Shown here piece by piece: positions 27,672 through 35,209 of a stretch of 61,273 nt of DNA (the stretch's first letter is position 1; the number at the start of each line of letters is the position of its first letter). The notes under the pieces were generated by a model. It did no database searches, had not been told where the DNA came from, and was given only the letters and a program-made list of their open reading frames with translations. This DNA comes from a virus (taxonomy: Duplodnaviria > Caudoviricetes), in the IMG/VR virus record IMGVR_UViG_3300033145_000471, positions 1-61,273 of that record. One strand, written 5' to 3'. The translations under genes were made by a program, and so were the position numbers.

Positions 27672-28024
27672 GCGACGAGAACGATATGGGTGTAGTATTC
27701 GAGCCTGATCCGGAATTCACCAAACGGGCGATGTCGGAAGACAGCCACATGACACCCCCGGATGTTATCGCCTTTGAGAAAGTGCTGTCCGAGAAAATGG
27801 CGGTGTTCCTCGAACGTCGTGAGCAGTACGGGTCGCATCTTGAAAATGCAGAGCGGTTTCCATTGGAGGACTTTTGCGGCCTGTATCTCAAATGTACCCG
27901 CTTTATACGCATGTTTGAAAAAGCTACAAGCGGCGGCGGACTGAAAAATATCGATCCCGACACCGTGATTGATTGCAGCAACTACGCTGACATGATATAC
28001 CCGCGATTGGAGGGTGATGGATGA
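27668..28024 (+). CDS. DUF1599/Nmad-like all-alpha nucleotide pyrophosphatase-related protein
   Basis: ERREQYG...K..R...DT.ID..NYA pattern. Confidence 0.55.
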   Translation: MSDENDMGVVFEPDPEFTKRAMSEDSHMTPPDVIAFEKVLSEKMAVFLERREQYGSHLENAERFPLEDFCGLYLKCTRFIRMFEKATSGGGLKNIDPDTVIDCSNYADMIYPRLEGDG

Positions 28025-28335
28025 AGGTCGTATACATAGCAGGCCCCTATCGAAGCAAGGACGGCCCCAATGGAATCTATGAGAACATCCAGCGCGCCCG
28101 CACCGAAGCAATCAAGTGGTGGCGGCAGGGTTACGCCGTAATCTGCCCTCACATGAACACGGCGCTAATGGACGGGGCGTGTGCCGACGAGGTTTGGCTT
28201 GACGGCGATCTTGAACTGATCCGCCGTTGCGATATTGTGGTCATGCTGCCGAGATGGAAAGAATCCGAGGGTGCGACCGCGGAACATAACGAAGCGAGGC
28301 TACATGCCAAAGAAATCATCTACGCAACGCATTAA
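28021..28335 (+). CDS. DUF1937/DUF4406 nucleoside 2-deoxyribosyltransferase-like protein
   Basis: VYIAGPY, CPHMNT, CD....LP.W..S.GA..E. Confidence 0.8.
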   Translation: MKVVYIAGPYRSKDGPNGIYENIQRARTEAIKWWRQGYAVICPHMNTALMDGACADEVWLDGDLELIRRCDIVVMLPRWKESEGATAEHNEARLHAKEIIYATH

Positions 28336-29179
28336 CCAAGTTGTCGTAATATCCGACCTCCATGCAGGCTGTCAATTCGGCCTCTGTCCGCCAGACGGCA
28401 TAACGCTTGACGGCGGCGGGCATTATGAGCCGTCAGACCTGCAGAAAAAAGTCTGGCAATGGTGGCTCCTTTTCTGGAACGAATGGGTTCCGAATATGAC
28501 GCGGGGCGAACCGTTCGGGCTGGAGATTAACGGCGATATGATTGACGGCCGTCATCACAACGCCACAACGCAGGTATCGCAGAACATCGCCGATCAAAAG
28601 AACATCGCCCAGGAAATACTCGAGCCGATAGTTGACCGTGTCGCTGATAATGGGGGCGGCAAGGCGCTCTTTGTCGTTCGAGGCACGGAAGCGCACGTCG
28701 GGCAGGCAGGCGAGAACGAGGAAATGCTTGCCGAATCACTCGGAGCGCAACCGGATGCTACAGGCAATTACTCACGGCATGATATGTTTCTCCGGCTCAA
28801 ATCTGATGACGGTTGTCTGATACATTTTAACCATCATATCGGTACGACCGGGCGGACGCATTACGAGACATCGGCGCTCATGGCGGAACTTGGTGAAGCT
28901 CTTGCGGAAGCCGGGCGCTGGGGCGAGCAAGCACCGGATGTGATTGTCCGCTCACACCGTCACCGGCATATCAAGATTGAGGCTCCGGCACAACGGGGGA
29001 TGTGTATCGGAGAGGTCACGCCCGGCTGGCAGTTGAAAACGCCGCTTGTCTATCGCATTCCCGGCGGACGTAATTCCACGCCGCAGTTCGGCGGTATACT
29101 TATACGGCATGGAGACAGGGAATTCTATACCGTGCATTTCGTACGAAACGTACGGCGCACGGCGGAGGTGGCTATCTGA
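28304..29179 (+). CDS. Calcineurin-like metallophosphoesterase
   Basis: ISDLHAG, NGDMIDG, GTEAH, SHRH. Confidence 0.8.
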   Translation: MPKKSSTQRINQVVVISDLHAGCQFGLCPPDGITLDGGGHYEPSDLQKKVWQWWLLFWNEWVPNMTRGEPFGLEINGDMIDGRHHNATTQVSQNIADQKNIAQEILEPIVDRVADNGGGKALFVVRGTEAHVGQAGENEEMLAESLGAQPDATGNYSRHDMFLRLKSDDGCLIHFNHHIGTTGRTHYETSALMAELGEALAEAGRWGEQAPDVIVRSHRHRHIKIEAPAQRGMCIGEVTPGWQLKTPLVYRIPGGRNSTPQFGGILIRHGDREFYTVHFVRNVRRTAEVAI

Positions 29180-29424
29180 TGGACGATCCAGTTATCACCG
29201 AATCGGAACTGTTCGCTGAAATCGATAAAATCTACAACAAGAACACTACACCGAAACCGTTGTTGACGGACAGGCAGTTTGCCGCGATTGAGTACGCCCG
29301 TTCAAAAAAGCCGCCGATGTCGTGGAGCCAAATTAAGAAAATGATGGAAGAACTTGGGCTTGGCGATCTCCCGGAAACAACGCTTATCGGGAAGTATAAA
29401 CGGGAAAAGGAACGACGGGCATGA
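29179..29424 (+). CDS. Hypothetical small DNA-binding protein
   Basis: GGAGG RBS; HTH-like C-terminal half. Confidence 0.5.
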   Translation: MDDPVITESELFAEIDKIYNKNTTPKPLLTDRQFAAIEYARSKKPPMSWSQIKKMMEELGLGDLPETTLIGKYKREKERRA

Positions 29425-29426
29425 AT

Positions 29427-29601
29427 GGGGGCGACATGGTTTCGACTGCGGCAATGCCCCGGTAAGCGCCTCTGGCTGACTTCGCCGTATCGACTGGTGC
29501 GGAACATGCGGTCGCGCGATAGTGGCCGTGCCGGTCATGCGTAATTCTTACCGGTTCCGCGTTACCGCAGGACGCGCGTTCGAGCCAAACGCCCTCTACA
29601 A
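29427..29601 (+). ncRNA. Miniature/degenerate tmRNA-like RNA (~175 nt)
   Basis: 5' GGGGGCGACATGGTTTCGAC; long helix 2 (29446-57/29559-70, 29459-66/29547-54); 3' GACGCGCGTTCGAG...CGCCCTC. Confidence 0.65.
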
Positions 29602-29852
29602 TAAAATGAGGTGTCTACCCAGTGTAGGCGCTCTATCGAGGGTTTGGTGGTTGTCCCGGCTTGGCAAAACAACCGCCGCTATTAACTTTCAGATGTCAAG
29701 CAATCCTTGACAGCTCAGGTGTTGCAGAAATTGCACCAACTGAAAAGCCAGACATTTTTAATTGCCATTAATTTGTAACTTCATACCACAACACAACTAC
29801 TGTGTGACATTTTCAGAGACATTCTCAGGGACATTAACGGTTCGTAAGAGAG

Positions 29853-30038
29853 GTGATGCGATTGCCGATAAGCTTCATTGGTGCGGACGGGAAAACTCAC
29901 ATACTCGAAGACGAAGAACGACAGCAATGCGAAATATTTGATCGCGTGATGGGATACTTCAGGCCGGTATCCGATTGGAACATCGGGAAACGACAGGAGC
30001 ATCGAGATAGAAAGAGGTTCAACAGCAGACAGTTTTAG
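29853..30038 (+). CDS. Stand-alone NrdD C-terminal glycyl-radical domain
   Basis: CEIFDRVMGYFRPVSDWNIGKRQEHRDRKRF. Confidence 0.85.
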   Translation: MMRLPISFIGADGKTHILEDEERQQCEIFDRVMGYFRPVSDWNIGKRQEHRDRKRFNSRQF

Positions 30039-30145
30039 CGGGTTTGAGCTCAAAACCAATAGCGCCCCTGACAGTAAGCGTTGCCGACAATCCGGGTAAC
30101 GACGAACTCAGGGGCTATTTTTTTGATAAAAAGTGAAAAAAAGAC

Positions 30146-30174
30146 TTGACAAAGCACGTGCGTATGCATATATT
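30146..30174 (+). promoter_or_regulatory. Sigma70-type promoter
   Basis: TTGACA-N17-TATATT; palindromes GCACGTGC and TATGCATA in the spacer. Confidence 0.75.
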
Positions 30175-30216
30175 GACTTTCAGCAAGGAGAGAAAACCAA
30201 AAACAAGGAGAAGAAA

Positions 30217-30486
30217 ATGAGGTCGATCAACTTAACCGAATATCGGGAAACTGCGCCAGACGGCGAATGGTATATCGGCACAGCACGTGGAGTGTTTCTT
30301 GTCGCTTGGGTTGATGCCCAATACTGGGTTGGTACGAAAGAAGGAAACGGTGGATTCGGCCAGTCGTTTTGTTGCCACGGAAATGACACGCTGTATTCGA
30401 CTCGCAACGCGGCGCAACAAGCCCACGATGATTACACAAAAAAACTGAACGATTATATGAAATCTTTTGAAACGGCACAATCCTGA
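30217..30486 (+). CDS. Hypothetical protein
   Basis: AAGGAG RBS downstream of the promoter. Confidence 0.6.
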   Translation: MRSINLTEYRETAPDGEWYIGTARGVFLVAWVDAQYWVGTKEGNGGFGQSFCCHGNDTLYSTRNAAQQAHDDYTKKLNDYMKSFETAQS

Positions 30487-30644
30487 GGGGCGGGGCGAAA
30501 GCCCTGTTAAAGGACACGGCGAGTCCCAAGTCTCGCCAATCTTTGAAAATCAAATAACGCGCCCCGTGCAAACGAAATCGAAAGTGACGGGACAACAGGA
30601 CGCGCACCCCGGCGGATGTTGTAGAAGTACAGCAAGGAGAAAGA

Positions 30645-30860
30645 ATGAAAATATTAAAAGAATTTACTACCATTTATCGCAAAACGGGGAAACACAGAAA
30701 AAAGTGTTCGGTCTGCGGGAGGTTAATAAACGACGGAGACCGGATAGTGGCGCGGTTAATCCAACAAGAAAAGTATTACCCGGTTAAAGGTATTATGAAA
30801 TTCAGCACTTGGAAGTTTATGCATGAGAACGAAGAAGAACCGAAAGGGGAGGGGCAATGA
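30645..30860 (+). CDS. Hypothetical protein with CxxC
   Basis: AAGGAG RBS. Confidence 0.55.
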   Translation: MKILKEFTTIYRKTGKHRKKCSVCGRLINDGDRIVARLIQQEKYYPVKGIMKFSTWKFMHENEEEPKGEGQ

Positions 30861-31048
30861 AACAACGTGACTGGCCGACGTACATACGGGGCCTGATTGA
30901 AAAGGCGGGTCTCACCCAAGCGCAGTTCGCCCGTGAGATCGGCGTCGATCAGGCAACGGTCACGCGCTGGCTGAACGGATCGACGAAGCCGCGGGCGGGG
31001 CTGACGCAGAGGGCCGTGGTAAATTTTGCCAAAAAGATTGGGGGGTGA
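30857..31048 (+). CDS. XRE-family HTH regulator
   Basis: GLTQAQFAREIGVDQATVTRWLNGSTKP. Confidence 0.9.
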   Translation: MKQRDWPTYIRGLIEKAGLTQAQFAREIGVDQATVTRWLNGSTKPRAGLTQRAVVNFAKKIGG

Positions 31049-31049
31049 C

Positions 31050-31349
31050 ATGAAAAAAGAGAATATCCACATTGTTCATGTTCGGGTAATTAACGGCGAC
31101 GTATATGTATCCTCATTATCCGAGCACCCCAGCCTCAAAGAAGCAAAAGTGGGGAAAATTATCGACCACACCCTTGACTGGCAGGTATGGAGCAAGGTCA
31201 CGGTGCTTGACCTTGCGAAGGTGAAAGACGCCGATGTATACCCGCCGGAGCAGACGGGCTACCTTGTCCCATCGTTCAATCTTTTCCCATCCATCGGCGA
31301 TGGAAAATGTCGATTATCTCCAATGCTCATGGGAATGGTGAATGTTTAA
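31050..31349 (+). CDS. Hypothetical protein
   Basis: ORF directly after the HTH gene. Confidence 0.5.
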   Translation: MKKENIHIVHVRVINGDVYVSSLSEHPSLKEAKVGKIIDHTLDWQVWSKVTVLDLAKVKDADVYPPEQTGYLVPSFNLFPSIGDGKCRLSPMLMGMVNV

Positions 31350-31605
31350 AACGTGACTAAAAACGTGACTAATCCGCTTTGTTCACTAAGTATGTTCAGA
31401 TGAAAACCAGCGCAAAACGTGACTACGGGCACAAAAGAGGGGCCGCTGATTGGCCCCTTGCTGCTTGTAAGTCCTTGTTTTTTAATGGTACCGGGAACGG
31501 GAATCGAACCCGTACAGGCTTTCACCCCCGAGATTTTAAGTCTCATAGAAAGAGTAACAATAACAACGTGATACAGACAGCACGGTCACGCTGTTAGTCA
31601 CGAAT
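31348..31605. mobile_element. attP with integrase arm-type sites
   Basis: AAAACGTGACTA at 31348, 31360, 31414; inverted copies at 31584 and 31594, flanking a tRNA fragment next to the int stop. Confidence 0.85.
31486..31544 (-). other. attP core: 3' half of tRNA-Leu(UAA)
   Basis: Minus strand GAGA-CTTAAAA-TCTC, long variable arm, GGGTTCGATTCCC, ends ACCA; 5' half absent. Confidence 0.88.
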
Positions 31606-32643
31606 TGCCCTTTTCCGTGGTAATTTGTGTACCTTTTCTGGGTGGTAATACCCTTCTGTGACGCGAAATGTCGAATGGTCAAGGTAGTTCATCACCTCAA
31701 TAGGGTCGGCGCCTTCGTTCAGGCTGTCGGTCGCGAACGCATGGCGAAGCGTTTTCATCGGCAGGCTGTCGGGCAGACCCGCTTTTCGTCTCCAGCGGAG
31801 AAACGTTTTCGACAGCGTGTCGCGGCGGCAGATGTTGAACGGCTGGTTGCCGCGTTTCGTTTCAATGAAGTAACGAAATTCCTCCTTCACCTCTTCCGGT
31901 ATCTCCTTCCAGCGTTTTCTCTGATCGCTCATTTTTACATTCATTGGGCGAAATAACCCTTTCTCCAAATCCACATCCTTGCGCTCCAGTTCGAGTATTT
32001 CCCGTGCCCGCCGGCCGGTGTATGCCAGAATCTTGAATATCCGGACGGCATCCTGGCTGCGGGCCTCTTTCATCGTCTGCCAGAGGATATCCGCCTGTTC
32101 CCGCGTGATGTTCTCGGTCAGGTAATCCGTTTCCCGCACCCGCTTGAACCGCACGAACGGATTGCGCCCGATGATTTCCTCGTCCACAAGGCGGGAAAAG
32201 ATTGCCTGGAGCATCCGCAACCGGCTGTTGATCGTCGCCGGGCGGACGTTACGGGAAGTGAGATAGGTCTTGTACCCCGGGATGTGGGGGCGCGCTGAAA
32301 TATCGGCAAGGGGGAAGTCGGGGCCGAGATAGCCCGTCAGGTCTTTCAGCGCCTCACAGTACTTCTCGATTGTGGTGCCGTGGAGATGGTCGCGTTCAAG
32401 CCGCAAAGGAATCCACTCGGTAAGCCACGTGAGCGTTTCTCGACCTGGGGCGGGTGTCGGGTCAGGTGCAAGGTTTAAGTGGCTTAAAACGGCTCTTTCG
32501 GCTTCTTCTTTCGTGTAATCCGCGACAGTCAGGCCGATGTATTTACCGGAGCGGCGTATTCGTCCATCCTTGGCATACCATGAGAACCACCAGTAGGGGC
32601 TGTCCTTGCGGCGGTAGACTGTGGGCTTTTTGTTCATAGCCAA
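31594..32643 (-). CDS. int: Tyrosine integrase
   Basis: YTGRR..E, K.LRH, LDHST...T..Y catalytic residues. Confidence 0.93.
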   Translation of the reverse strand: MAMNKKPTVYRRKDSPYWWFSWYAKDGRIRRSGKYIGLTVADYTKEEAERAVLSHLNLAPDPTPAPGRETLTWLTEWIPLRLERDHLHGTTIEKYCEALKDLTGYLGPDFPLADISARPHIPGYKTYLTSRNVRPATINSRLRMLQAIFSRLVDEEIIGRNPFVRFKRVRETDYLTENITREQADILWQTMKEARSQDAVRIFKILAYTGRRAREILELERKDVDLEKGLFRPMNVKMSDQRKRWKEIPEEVKEEFRYFIETKRGNQPFNICRRDTLSKTFLRWRRKAGLPDSLPMKTLRHAFATDSLNEGADPIEVMNYLDHSTFRVTEGYYHPEKVHKLPRKRAIRD

Positions 32644-32671
32644 TCAAGCTCGTGCCAATTCCCCGGCTGTG

Positions 32672-32747
32672 TGGTGCCCCCGACCGGATTCGAACCGATA
32701 GTACAGGCTTAGCGGGCCCATGTTCTATCCAGTTGAACTACGAGGGC
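32672..32747 (-). tRNA. tRNA with GCU anticodon on a tRNA-Arg-like body (C33; possibly pseudo)
   Basis: 76-nt cloverleaf GCCCTCG-TA-GTTC-AACTGGATA-GAAC-A-TGGGC-CCGCTAA-GCCTG-TACT-ATCGG-TTCGAAT-CCGGT-CGGGGGC-ACCA. Confidence 0.8.
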
Positions 32748-32751
32748 ACCG

Positions 32752-32791
32752 AAATAAAAATAGGGGCATGGTTATAAGAACCACACCCCTA
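32752..32791 (-). terminator. Intrinsic terminator in the leader of the tRNA-int unit
   Basis: Minus TAGGGGTGTGGTT-CTTAT-AACCATGCCCCTA-TTTTT. Confidence 0.7.
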
Positions 32792-32848
32792 CGTCTTATA
32801 ATACTGATAAGTCCGAACCCAACAACTGGACTCAGGCCCGCTTTTGAT

Positions 32849-32877
32849 AATATCGGCATAATAATATAAAATGTCAA
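32849..32877 (-). promoter_or_regulatory. Putative promoter for the tRNA-int unit
   Basis: Minus TTGACA-N17-GATATT. Confidence 0.5.
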
Positions 32878-32994
32878 GTAATTATTTGACACCATTCTTT
32901 CTTTCAAGCCAAAGAGAGTATGCCGCAATGCGACGGTTGACTGTCGGTGGGGTGGGGACACGGGCTTATTTCCCTGTCGGCGTGACCGATATAA

Positions 32995-33303
32995 TCATCT
33001 CAATTTATTATGGCAGTGTGGGCAAATAATAGCTTCTCGCCGGATATATTCGGCGCAATAGGGGCACTTGACCATACCACGGCGAAACATGCGGTGCTCG
33101 TATCCTGTTTCATCTCGATCAAGAAGGAGTGAATGCGGCAAAGCGATAATGAACAATAGTGCGCCGTATAACCACCATGTAAGAAAATCGTGCCCCTTGT
33201 TATAGGCGATGCGCGCAGGCAGTAAACCGATAATCACAGCGGAAAACAGTGTGATAAATATATAAACGACAACAACCCATTGAGCAATATTTTGTGCAGC
33301 CAT
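32995..33303 (-). CDS. Membrane protein with C-terminal double zinc ribbon
   Basis: Two TMs, IA..KG.....W..YG, CPYCAE...CPHC. Confidence 0.8.
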   Translation of the reverse strand: MAAQNIAQWVVVVYIFITLFSAVIIGLLPARIAYNKGHDFLTWWLYGALLFIIALPHSLLLDRDETGYEHRMFRRGMVKCPYCAEYIRREAIICPHCHNKLR

Positions 33304-33879
33304 TTATTCATCCATTATGATGCGAGCCGTGAAATTGCACTCGACGGTGATTTTTTTACCTTCATCAAAATCAATCCCGTGGAACTCACCCTTTATTGAT
33401 CCGCTTAATGTTTCATCCGTTATTTCATCAATACGGGCTACACCAGAATATATTGTAAACCAAGCCGAGTTTTCGTCACGTTCCGTCGCCTCGCGTGTTG
33501 TTGACGGCCCCCAACTTAATTTAATGTGCGCATCCTCATGACGATTCGTTCTATATTTTGTTTCGTATTGATATTCACCCGGTTCGGTTATTGGCAAATA
33601 TACTATCTGCAAGTATGCGTAGTGTTTGGGGTCGTCGTCAATGATATGAAAGAAATAGTAATCCGGCTTCTTGTCCAGGCGCGCTAATTTTGTCAGCGAT
33701 TCTTTTATGCCCCAATTCCCTATCACGTCCCCGCGCACCTCTATTGTCCCATATGTCGGCGGCGTCGGTGAATCACCAATTAATATTGTGGCGTCGTTTT
33801 TCGAGTTGGTGATTGTTGGCAAATTACAAGACAATGCAGCAAGTACCGCAATTATCAGAAACAGAGATGTTAGCCGCAT
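33304..33879 (-). CDS. Lipoprotein, candidate superinfection exclusion
   Basis: Lipobox LAALSC after a hydrophobic leader; downstream of the repressor. Confidence 0.65.
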   Translation of the reverse strand: MRLTSLFLIIAVLAALSCNLPTITNSKNDATILIGDSPTPPTYGTIEVRGDVIGNWGIKESLTKLARLDKKPDYYFFHIIDDDPKHYAYLQIVYLPITEPGEYQYETKYRTNRHEDAHIKLSWGPSTTREATERDENSAWFTIYSGVARIDEITDETLSGSIKGEFHGIDFDEGKKITVECNFTARIIMDE

Positions 33880-33984
33880 GGTATTCTAAGCCCCTATGAT
33901 GAATAGTTCATTCGTGCTTGCGAGATTCTTTTCTCCAGTTTACACTAATTCATATGTTATTCAAAATATAATATATTGTTTTTG

Positions 33985-34437
33985 TCACCCAGTTCGTATA
34001 TTTTTTTTCGCGTCCCCCGATTCCTCTGCGCAGACGCGGACCAACTCCCGTATAGCTCGCAACTTCTCGCCCCGCACATTTATTAATAGCCCCGCTATTT
34101 CATGCCGTATTTTCTCATCGGAGCGAGCATGTTCCCCGGGCGTACCTGCCGAGATAGTGCCCTGTAACGGTAGATCGCGCGTAGGGTCAAGCTCGTGATC
34201 GCGGACGGATTCAGGTTCAGAAGGAGGCCCCTTATAGAAATCAGATACCGACACGCCCAGCGCACGGGCTATCCTCTTGACCGTCAAGTTCCCCGCATTT
34301 CTATTCCCGGTCATGATTTTAGACATGTATGAAGGGGATATGCCTGCATCACGAGCAAGATCAACTTGTTTATAAGACTTTCCCATATGAGAAGTTTTAT
34401 AGCCAAGCCATTTACTTATTAGTCCTATAATATCCAT
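33985..34437 (-). CDS. cI: CI-like repressor (XRE HTH)
   Basis: QVDLARDAGISPSYMSKIMTG...IARALGVSVSDF; divergent from the cro-like gene. Confidence 0.8.
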   Translation of the reverse strand: MDIIGLISKWLGYKTSHMGKSYKQVDLARDAGISPSYMSKIMTGNRNAGNLTVKRIARALGVSVSDFYKGPPSEPESVRDHELDPTRDLPLQGTISAGTPGEHARSDEKIRHEIAGLLINVRGEKLRAIRELVRVCAEESGDAKKNIRTG

Positions 34438-34515
34438 AGCTTATCTCTCTTATGAGAAATATTTTGTATAAATATCAAAATAATTGTTGACAAGATAGCG
34501 CATATGAGATATCTT
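34381..34515 (+). promoter_or_regulatory. Rightward early promoter with three operator-like sites
   Basis: TTGACA(34487)-N17-TATCTT(34510); TCTCATATGAGA-like palindromes at 34381, 34446, 34498. Confidence 0.75.
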
Positions 34516-34534
34516 ATACCCCAGATGAACAACA

Positions 34535-34547
34535 GCTCTTTGAAAAC
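34535..34547 (+). promoter_or_regulatory. boxA-like antitermination element
   Basis: GCTCTTTGAAAAC just downstream of the rightward promoter. Confidence 0.6.
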
Positions 34548-34924
34548 TGAAAAGGCGGGTTTTCCTTCCCGGTGGCGGTCGTGCCGCTCTTCCCTCCGCA
34601 ACATGCTGGCATGGAGGACCAACACCAACACGCAACAGACCGGAGAGATCACACCCGCCTTTTCAATAACGACGAAGAAAGGGGCGGGTTTTTCCTGCCG
34701 ATGGCGCTCGAAGCGCTCGTTCGCCCTCGTGTGCAAGCACGGGCGACCAATGCCGACACACTACTGATCGACAGGGTCACACCCGCCCCGCTCAACGCGG
34801 TTTTATAAGAGGCGGTGATCACCGTCAACGGCGCTCGAAGCGCTCTAGCCCCCGCAATGTGCCAGTATGGGGGGGCCACTACCGACACGCTGCAGGTCGG
34901 CGGCGAAACAACCGCCTCTTATAA
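34548..34924 (-). ncRNA. Array of three ~128-nt cloverleaf RNA units, each carrying the 16-nt hairpin motif
   Basis: Closing stems 34548-60/34653-65, 34681-89/34781-89, 34803-16/34911-24; motif at 34574, 34703, 34830; conserved CCA...CC.ACAC.C..C.G linker. Confidence 0.75.
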
Positions 34925-34926
34925 TC

Positions 34927-34955
34927 AATATAACCGCACAACACACATCAGTCAA
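34927..34955 (-). promoter_or_regulatory. Leftward promoter initiating at the edge of the RNA array
   Basis: Minus TTGACT-N17-TATATT; predicted start ~34920. Confidence 0.7.
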
Positions 34956-34978
34956 TATAATTGACAAAGGTTGTAAAA

Positions 34979-35209
34979 ATGGAAACACATACCAACAGAG
35001 TACTCAAGGGCAGAATCGTTACCATGTTTGGCTCTCAGGATGCGTTCGCCCTTGCTGTCGGCGTCAACAATTCTTTCGTCTCTCGCGTGGTCAACGGGTA
35101 TCGAACGCTGACGGACGAGAAGAAGAAGGAATGGGCTGCGAAGCTCGACTGTGAAGTGGGGGAGATATTCCCTGATTCTCTGGTGGCGGACGTGTCACAG
35201 GCACGGTAG
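34979..35209 (+). CDS. cro: Cro-like HTH regulator
   Basis: LKGRI..FGSQDAFALAVGVNNSFVSRVVNG. Confidence 0.75.
   Translation: METHTNRVLKGRIVTMFGSQDAFALAVGVNNSFVSRVVNGYRTLTDEKKKEWAAKLDCEVGEIFPDSLVADVSQAR

Noticed and set aside
30481-30515. Hammerhead ribozyme
   Set aside because: CTGAGGG does not match CUGAnGA, and the GAAA is a tetraloop
31486-31544. Functional tRNA-Leu gene
   Set aside because: The 5' acceptor strand and D arm are missing; it is the attP core
32672-32747. Genome-wide alternative genetic code
   Set aside because: Conserved genes translate to full length and retain their motifs under the standard code
34425-34888. Short ORFs listed across the cI-cro gap
   Set aside because: No RBS or recognisable motifs; they overlap on both strands, and the region is explained by promoters and RNA structure
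34548-34924. CRISPR or TIGR-type guide array
   Set aside because: Units are ~128 nt and conserve structure rather than an identical repeat; no cas or Nop-domain gene is recognisable
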